Below are positions 51,701 to 64,000 of a stretch of DNA of 64,000 bases, piece by piece. Each line of letters opens with the position of its first letter. Position 1 is the first letter of the stretch. A model generated the notes under the pieces. That model was not told the origin of the DNA. It did not search any database and saw only the letters and a list, made by a program, of their open reading frames with translations. Source of the stretch: the human T2T-CHM13v2.0 reference genome, Homo sapiens; the NCBI RefSeq assembly GCF_009914755.1, contig NC_060938.1; one strand, given 5' to 3'. Position numbers and translations under genes: made by a program.

Positions 51701-51816
51701 TGAAGCAGCTTCAGAAGCAACTTCAGAAGAGAACCCCGGGAGAGACCTGGCTTCAGGCTATTCCTGAAGAGGAGATGGGCTGCTCTGGCCCCAGCAAGAA
51801 GAACCAGGTGCCCTGA

Positions 51817-52290
<474 letters not shown>

Positions 52291-52389
52291 TGAGCCTCTG
52301 CGCCCAACCTGAATTTTCATGTTTTTTTATGACCTACTTTAAGCTGCGCTATTATACAACTTAACATATACACTTTGTTGTATATTCAA

Positions 52390-52467
52390 GAGTTATTTTT
52401 TAAAAGATATGAACTATTATTATCCCTGGAGTTATTTTTTAAAAGATATGAACTATTATTATCCCTG
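52390..52467. repeat. Perfect 39-bp tandem duplication
   Basis: gagttattttttaaaagatatgaactattattatccctg x2. Confidence 0.9.
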
Positions 52468-53897
52468 GAGTACTTAGCTATCCCAAGCCAAACTGCTACC
52501 CTAATAATCAGCATCCAATTGCCTGATACAGGCACAGTCTAGAGAGGAACTGTCCTCAAGGTGACATCAAAACACCCAAACGTGGCCAGATGATGTGCTG
52601 TGGCTCCACCACCCACAACCCACAGATTCACATGAATGCCACGAGGATCTCATCTATGTCGTCTGTAGCCAAAATGTTCCCAAATCTAGCTGGACCTGCT
52701 TTTTTCTTCTTCCCACAGCTGTCCACTGCCCAGTCTTTCCCTCTATCCGGAGTCAGCCACCAAGCCCAGGGTTCCTGCTAAGAGAGCCCCAGATCAGCAG
52801 AGATCTCAGACCAGGCATCCGAGCTTCCTCACGGTGAGTGGGCCAGGGTGGGTGACCAGGCAGAGGGAAACTGGCCCCTTTCCTCAGGCAGCCCACACCT
52901 TGCCAGCTTCCTCTCCTACCGCAGGCTCCGCCTGCATACCCCGAAGCTTCTTGCACAAGCTGTGGTCACCTCCCTCCACAACACTGTCTGCCCCTTCCCA
53001 AGGCCTTGCTAAGCCTTCCCCCCACAGACCTCATGTTCAAGTTTCTGCTGCTCAAGAAAACCTTGGTGGCCGGCAGTCTTGTGACTGCACCTGCCCTGCT
53101 CAGATCTGGGGCAGAGCAGGGCACTGGTCAGACCGCAGCCACTGCCGGCTCCTTTTTTTAGGTTTTCCCAGATGGCTCATGAATTTCTCTCAGATCGAGT
53201 CCAAGCCTTCAAGTGTTCTTTCTCAGAAACAGCAGACCATGAACTCTAAAACACAAGCTACATAAACAAAATCTTAATGCTCTCCATCCATTCTAAGTCC
53301 CTGTAAGGGAAGAGGAGGGGAGAGGGAAGCAGAGAAAGAATTAGAACCAAAACCCACCTGTCAAACAGCAGTTGGTCCTCATCTAATGAGGGAAATCAGT
53401 ACACAGACTTATTATACAGCACGTGCCTGTACAGGCACACGAGCTGTGCACCACACGTGCACACACACATTAGGCGCTGTTGCCTTTTCATTCCACCATA
53501 CAAGGTTGGGCGACAGAAAGACAGTGGAGAGGATGGAGGGCACTGGGCACGGGTTTTGGAAGATTTTCCTCATCGGTGCCAGCCCGGAGACAGACAAGAC
53601 AGGAGTGTGTGAGTCAGCAAGAGTCCTTCTCCTCCATCAGCCCCACCACACAAGGCGAGGTAGGGTTCCCCTCCCCTGCCTGCTCAGCTCAAAGCAGTCA
53701 CCTTAGAAGTGGTGGGGGCAACTCTGGGTCAGACCCCTGACCAGGACATGAGAGGATGACCACCACCACCACCAACCCAGCTGTGACCTTGCCCTCAGGT
53801 GTGGACAAAAGCAGCGTGAAATGGTTGCAACAGGGATGAGTGAAAGGGAAGGGGGCATGGGGAGGTGGCATGAGATTTGGGAGGGGGAGCAGGCTGT

Positions 53898-54712
53898 CAC
53901 CCACACGCCATCCACATCCCACACACTCCACACACCCCACACACCCCTCACACATGCCACACCCACAGCACTCCCCTTCACTCCACACACACACACCACA
54001 CATGCCACACCTCACACCACACACACCCTACACCTCACACCCACAGCACACCACACACACACCACACATGCCACACCTCACACCACACACACCTCACACA
54101 CCACACACACACCTCACACCCACAGCACACCATACCCCTCCACACCACAACCACACCACACCCACACCTCACCCTACACCTCACACCACACACACACCTC
54201 ACACCCTACACCTCACACCCACAGCACACTATACCCCTCCACACCACACACCACACCCCACACACACAGCACTCCCCTTCACACACACACCAACATGCCA
54301 CACCTCACACCACAAACACACCTCACACCCACAGCACACCACACCCACAGCGCACCTCACCCCTCACACCTCCTACACATCACACACACCAGTCCCCACA
54401 CCCCATCCACCCCTCATACACACACCTCACACACTACACCCTTCCACACCACATTCCCCACACCCCCCAGACACACACCTTACACACCACACTCCACAGC
54501 CCCCATACACACACCACACTCCCCATACACACCTCACACCCACCACATCCATACCATACACACACACCTCACACACACCCCATATCTCACCCATCACATC
54601 CCCCACACACCACACATACCTCAAACCACACACTCCTCAGAACCCCCCATACCCATACATACCACACACCCACTTCATACCCACTACACCCACACGCATC
54701 TCACACTCCCTT
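53898..54712. repeat. About 800-bp CA/CAC-rich low-complexity tract with degenerate higher-order units
   Basis: Recurring cacctcacacccacagcac and cacaccacacatgccacacctc units; almost no G. Confidence 0.9.
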
Positions 54713-55899
54713 CCAAGCTTTGTCACCAGCCAGGACACAGAGAAGGCTTCAGAGACAGGGAAGGCCAGCACCAATGGGCATGAAGCCCGGGACAGACCCC
54801 TGAAGGAGAAGGGGAGAGACTGGAAGAGAAGGAAGGAGCTTTGGGAAGAGGGGAAAAGACCATAGCAGAGAGCTCAGCCTGACCACGGACACGGGCAGGT
54901 GCACACCCGTGGCTATTGGGCCAGGAGGCCAACCAAGGCAAGGGAGAGAAGCTGTTCACACCCTGGCTGCGAGGGGCCAGGGGAGGGGCACAGGAACAGC
55001 AGCAGGAGATGTGGGAAGGACAAAGAGGAAGCAGAAGGAAGGCCAGAGGAGGGGCTGAGAGGGGCTGGGCAGGCTCAGGGGATACCTATGAGAAACAGCC
55101 TCCAGACGGGGCTGGTCTCCTGTCTCTGGCCCGCACCAATGAGCCCTGGAAGGAAGTTCCGGAGGGTCTTGGGTGCCCAACCAGGCAGGGAACAGGGCTG
55201 CTGCCAGCCCATATGGTGTCTCTGGATCATTTTTTACCTCTACCCCAAGGGCACTTCTACTGGGAAAATGTCCTACTGATTTTGTTAGAAGACATTTTCA
55301 CTGCCATCTGCAGGATCACTTTAGTAATCAATATTCAAATCTCCATTGTCCACTGCACACATGTGGCACTTGTGAGTAGTCTGCAACCTGCACAACTGTC
55401 CATGGCAGCCTGGTTGAGAAGCATCAGGCAGGGCTCTGGTCTGGACTCCCTGGAGAAGGCAGGAAGAGTTCTCCCTGCTCTGGCTGCTGGCTAAATTTGC
55501 GAGGGTGGCCTTGCTCAAGCAGGAAGGAGGGAGAGAGAGAGAGGGAAGAGGTCCTGGATGTTTAAGGAAATAGAAAGCACTGCCAAGAGCTGTGCTGCCT
55601 GGGATAAGGGCTCTTGATGCGGGGTGCAGGGAAGAAGCTGAGACCACAAGCTTCTCTCTCGCTTGTGGTATCCGCTATGCCCAGGGCATAGGGACAGAGA
55701 CACAGGAGGTCATTCAGAGGCTGGGGTTCTCTGGCATCTTCAAGTGTCCTGGCCAAAGTTCAGAGTCCTGTTCCCCTGCAGGAGAAGGAGGGGCTTCTCT
55801 AGTCCCTCCTTCCATCCCAGGGCCTGCTGCTGGAGTGTCCAGGGAGGACGGAAGAGATGGGCAAGAGGGGAGAGTGGAGGAGGCCGAGGGAGAGCTCAC

Positions 55900-55984
55900 C
55901 TTCTGCACACCCGAGAAGGCGTGGCCGTGACATGAAACATTAGGTCACACGGCCTTCCCATCCGGCCTTAGCGTGCCTACACAT
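55900..55984 (-). pseudogene. Decayed duplicate exon 8b (pseudo-exon, 85 nt) in ACTN1 intron 8
   Basis: gtgcag|ATGT GTA GGC ACG CTA AGG CCG GAT GGG AAG GCC...CAC GCC TTC TCG GGT GTG CAG AAG|gtgagc; aligns to exon 8 with three 1-nt indels. Confidence 0.9.
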
Positions 55985-56114
55985 CTGCACAGAGAAGGAG
56001 AAGAGGTTGAGAGGAGAAAGTAGGCAGCGGCAGCAGCACAGAATAAACCCAAACAGCCATGGTGGACAGAAAGAGGACACAAGACAGACGGACAGACAGA
56101 AAAGGAGGGAATGA

Positions 56115-56519
<405 letters not shown>

Positions 56520-57199
56520 TGATCCGACTGCCTTGGCCTCCCAAAGTGCTGGGATTACAGGCGTGAGCCACCAGCCCGGCCTCATCATGCATTTTAAAAC
56601 GGTCACTCAGATGCCATGTGGAGGGCAGGAGATCTGCATGAGACGTGAAGGTTCTGTGGTCATGGTGATGCTGTGCTTCTTCTGGGGTCCTGCCTACCAG
56701 GGAGGTCTGGGGGAGGGGTGTATGCTGCCTAAGCCTGGTGATGAAAATGTTCAAATCTTCAATGTCCACGGCATGGACAGTGCCCTTTAGTCGTGGAACC
56801 CCTGTGTGGTGCAGAACCTGCACGACTGAACTTTAATCTCAGGCCTCCCGGAGCAAAACTGGGCCAGGACACTTGACGGGGCTCACAGCTGCCCACCGCC
56901 TCTCCCTTCCTCCCAGAGGTTCTGCTTATGTCTGAGAACACAGAGTGCAGCATGGCCGCATGGGAGTCCCAGGCAGGATACAGGAGAAGGCACTAGAGCC
57001 CAAGGGGCTGAGGACAGATCTGCTAAGTCATGCCCATGAGCAGGACAAAGGTGGGGCTTTATGATGCCTTTGCCAAGTGGGTAAGTGAAGACTGGAGGTG
57101 TCTCCCAGCATTGCCCTTCTAAGGGAGCTCCAGCTGCTCTATCGAGCCAGTGGCTTCAACAGACGTGGGCATGGAAGGGCTGCTCCTGTTCACCTTTCA

Positions 57200-57718
<519 letters not shown>

Positions 57719-58324
57719 CTAACCAGCCTCTGGCGTCAACTTGCGCTTATGGGAATGTAAGTAGAGGAACAGGTGAAATGAAGCCCCAAAGGAGGCGGAC
57801 AAACCCAGTATAAGGAACTTGCTACAGGACAGCGGCCCCATTTCTGCAGCAAGTTCATTGGCAGGAATAAAAGGGGTCAAAGGGAGGAGAGAAGTACTAG
57901 AGATGGGAAAAGCTGTCAGAAACACAACCGAATGCCAGTATGGACCTTGTTTGGATTCTGATTAAAACAAACCAACCCTCAAAGAAATGTCATAGGTAAT
58001 TAGGGAAATTTCATTATGAACTGGGTATCACATGGAATTATCAATTTGCTAAATGTGATAACGTTATCATTGACTAAGAAAATAACTCTATTTTTAAGGA
58101 TGTATTCGGAAGTATGCAGTGGTAAAATGATGTGATATCTCAGAATTGCTTTAAGATACTTCAACAAAGAAAACAAGAAAAACACAAAGTGTGGCAAGAC
58201 CTCAGTAGCCATTCTATCTGGATGATGGAAATAGGAAAGGTCATCGTGCTATTCTTTCTGCTTTTGCCTGGGTTTTTATGTGTTTGAAAATTTTCCTCAT
58301 GACATTTTGAAATTTTAAAAGCTA

Positions 58325-58801
<477 letters not shown>

Positions 58802-59495
58802 TCATAAGCCCACAGACCCCTATGCTCCCAGATGCTTCCCTTCCCCCCACAGCCCCTGCTCACCCCATCCGAGACGCTCTACACAGGGAGAGGGGCAATG
58901 GTAAGGTCAGCAGCCAGGAAGAGCTGGGTTTCCAGCCCCAGGCCCAATCTTTGGTAAGGATGTTCTAGTGTCGAACCCTGAACCTGTCCCCATCCAGGCA
59001 TCCTGGCTAGCAGCATCTGGGACAGCAAGGCCTTGGTGAGGAACAGAAAAGTCAACACTCAACTTGGGCCCCCTCCTTCCTTCCCTACCCAACATGGAGC
59101 CACTGCCTCTGGCTGGGATCTTCCCAGACAGGTCAGAACTGGACACTTCCACCACTGAGAAAGTCCAAGCCATAGTTCTCTAGCACCCTCCTCAGAAGAT
59201 GCTAGAAGGAAGCCAGGGTTACAGATGAGAAAAACACCATGCCCAGCCAGCCCCAGTCAGAGCTGGGGCATAGAGGAGATGCTAAGCTCAGCTGTCCAGA
59301 GACCACCCAGGGCTCAGAGGGTGAGGACAGTGCACCTCTCAGCAAGGGAAACTTCCCATCCCAAACTGTGCCGGACAACAAGGGCACATTTCCCCACACC
59401 CCAGCACCCGCTATCCTGACTCCAAGGCAAAGACAAGAACCATCCTCAGGCAGTCGATGCAAGAACAGCCCCTAAGACCTTTGCAGAATCAACTA

Positions 59496-59771
<276 letters not shown>

Positions 59772-60329
59772 CTAGAGGGAGAAAAGGAGGAAGGGATGAT
59801 AAAGTGAGAGCCACCACAAGTCACTGGCTACTCCCAATTGGGTGGCCACCCAAACTGGGGAGCAGAGCGACTTTCTCCCAGCCCCAGCTCGATCCTCAGG
59901 GGACAGCTCCAGATGTGGAAGGCTGGTCTCACCACTGGGGCTCACTGGTTGGAGGTTTAAAGCATTCTCTTTCCCCCTTCAAGCTTCAGATTGTCAGGAA
60001 AATGGGGCGAAGTAGTCTGCAGCCTGAGTCGGGGGTAGGAAGGAGTTCCTAAGAAACGTGTGCCAAGGGCAGGGCACTGGCCTAGTCACCATCCATCCTG
60101 GCTTCTGGTTTCAGCTCTGCCCTCAACCAGTGGGACTCGTGGGTAGCTAACCTGACCTCAGCTTCTCCATCCATAACTCAAGAGTTGGGGTAGGGAGCTC
60201 TAAACTCTAGACTAGTCAAGATTCGGAGCAGGAGCCCCTCTGGTGCTCACATTTCATGAAATTTGGGGCTCCTTTAAATAGCCACAGCTTTGGACTATTC
60301 TGGCTTCTGCTACCTTCGCAAGAACACTT

Positions 60330-61290
<961 letters not shown>

Positions 61291-62162
61291 AGTTATCGTA
61301 TAAGTTTTTAATGCAGAGGATAAAAAACCTTAGTGGAAGAGTTTCTGGCTGGGCCCTTCTCCTCTATTCTTGGTTCCCCAGACTAACCTAAAGCAAGCTG
61401 GTTGTGTCGGCCCAGGACTCAGTTTCCCTGTTTGCTAAAGGGAGAAGTATAGGGTAACACAAAGATAAATACATCATCCAGGATGTTTTCAGGAGGAAAT
61501 TGCTCTAAACAGAGAAGGTGGGGTCCCTCTGGGAAAGTCTCCAACAGCAGCCAGGAGGATGAACACTGCCGAGTAGTCAAGGTCATTCTCATCCAGGGCC
61601 TGGAGCAGCAGCTGCCAGTGCTCAGGTCCAGGTATACACACACCCGCCCCACGTGAGTCCCAGGGACCCCAGGGCCCCATGCCCACCCATGGCTGCTGCA
61701 GGAAGGAAGAGCTTCCCAGTCGGAGCCCCTCAGCCCTCTGTCCCTATTCTTCGGCACCAGTTGGTCTCACAACCTCCTTGTTCTCTGGAAGGGTGTTCCT
61801 GGTTCACTGGGCTCAGGTGTGTGCTAGGATTTGGGCTGGATTTTACTGATGATGATACTGAATTAAAAGGAGTGGAAGCCAGGTGTGGTGGCTGTTCCTG
61901 TAATCCCAGCTACTTGGGAGGCTGAGGCAGGAGGGTCACATTGAGGCCAGAAGTTCGAGACCAGCCTCGGCAATATAGTGAGACTTCATCTCTACAAAAA
62001 AATTACAATTAAAAAACAGAAGGGGGGGCTGGGCGCGGTGGCTCATGCCTGTAATCCCAGCACTTTGGGAGGCCAAGGTGAGCGAATCACCTGAGGTCAG
62101 GAGTTCGAGACCAGCCTGGCCAACATGGTGAAATCCTGTCTCTACTAAAAATACAAAAATTA

Positions 62163-62804
<642 letters not shown>

Positions 62805-63643
62805 CTAGAGCCACGGTCGGCACAGACCCCTTTAGTGGGGATGTCCAACAGCTGTGGATGAACTGGCCACTGACACCCCAGCATACCCAAGCAGGGACAG
62901 AGATAGGTGCACACCTGTCACCAAAGCCCATCAGCTGAATAGGAAGTGGTGATGCCTTCAAAAGAAAAAACTGCCACCTGTAGAATATTCCCCCTTGGCC
63001 ACGTTTGATTTGGCCACACAACTTTCCAGCAGGACAGGAAGGTTCTCTTTTTTTTTTTTTCCTTGCAAAGCAGCTGAGGAGGTGGGCCAAGGATCCTCTT
63101 CCCCCAGGAGGTTAGCTGGCGAAGGGCTGGCCCCTGCTGTGGCTCCTCTCCTTCAGCAGATGGGCCCTTCCAGTGGGCAGAGGCCTCAGCCTCAAGCTTC
63201 AGGTGACGGGGCAGTGTGTATGGGGTGGGGGTGGGGCGGGGCACGGTGCAGGGAAGCGGGTAGGCATCTGCTCCTTTCCTCCCTCAAGATCCTTTTTGGC
63301 AGCTTGCTATCCACCCGCCCGAAACAAAGGGCCTGCCACCACCATGAGTTGCACAGCAGCTCCTGCCCCAGTGATATTAAACCTCTCCTGGCCACTGAGA
63401 AGCAAGACGCCCTTCCTGGAGGCCCAGGCAAGGCAAGAGCTACACTGAACACTGTGTTCTCCAGCATCAAGGTGAAGTAGAGACACACAAGTCCAGCCGC
63501 TCCTTGAAGCCTCCCTTGCCAAGAGATCTGAGCACAGATAGGCGACATTCCAACCCCAACTCCAGGTCACCAACTTGGGGCGTGGGAAGGGTCTTTCCTT
63601 GGATGGCCATGCCATGTGGCCTCTTGGCACCAAGATGGACCAA

Positions 63644-63711
63644 GAGGGAACCTGGAGAGTGTGGTCAGAGGGTCCAGGAGGGAACCTGGAGAGTGTGGTC
63701 AGAGGGTCCAG
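63644..63711. repeat. Perfect 34-bp tandem duplication
   Basis: gagggaacctggagagtgtggtcagagggtccag x2. Confidence 0.9.
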
Positions 63712-64000
63712 GACAGGCTTCTCCAAGGTCCAGGGCAGTGTCGTCCAACCAGCTCAGACATTGAGAACCACCATGAGGCTAGAAACACAGCTCCCACTCC
63801 TGCATCTGTCCCCACTCCACACACCCACTCAAGAAAAATCACTGCAGCTTCATGCTGAAGGCGGGAGTGAAACCAAAAGAAAATCCCCCAGCCAAACTTG
63901 AGCAATAAAGGAAACCAAATCCATGGGTGGGATAAGCTGCCCAGGACCGCACAGCAGGTCAAAGGACAAGGCGGGGATGAACTGTCCCTTAGAATATGCA

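Noticed and set aside
53821-54865. Three overlapping 308-341 aa His/Thr/Pro-rich ORFs
   Set aside because: The CA-rich tract lacks stop codons in all plus-strand frames, so these are compositional artefacts.

Overview
Human (primate) genomic DNA, recognisable as the 3' two-thirds of ACTN1 (alpha-actinin-1, 14q24.1) on the minus strand plus about 29 kb of downstream intergenic sequence. Coding exons 7-18, the alternative EF-hand exons NM/19a and SM/19b, and the last two coding exons are all present with canonical GT-AG borders. The NM path totals 2085 nt, which is codons 199-892 plus stop of the 892-aa protein. Three processed pseudogenes are present: a MAGOHB-type copy, BLZF1/golgin-45, and HMGN1 in intron 11. 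The window also has about 35 Alus, ERV1/MaLR solo LTRs (several nested) and DNA-transposon and L1 relics. The most notable observation is an 85-nt decayed duplicate of exon 8 at 55900-55984 (minus). It carries the diagnostic residues of the ACTN4-type exon 8b, has lost its reading frame, but keeps CAG/GTGAG splice sites, a 185-nt AG-free pyrimidine zone and a plausible distant branch point, so it is a candidate fossil or poison exon. Repeat family names are from memory, and repeat borders without a stated TSD are approximate.
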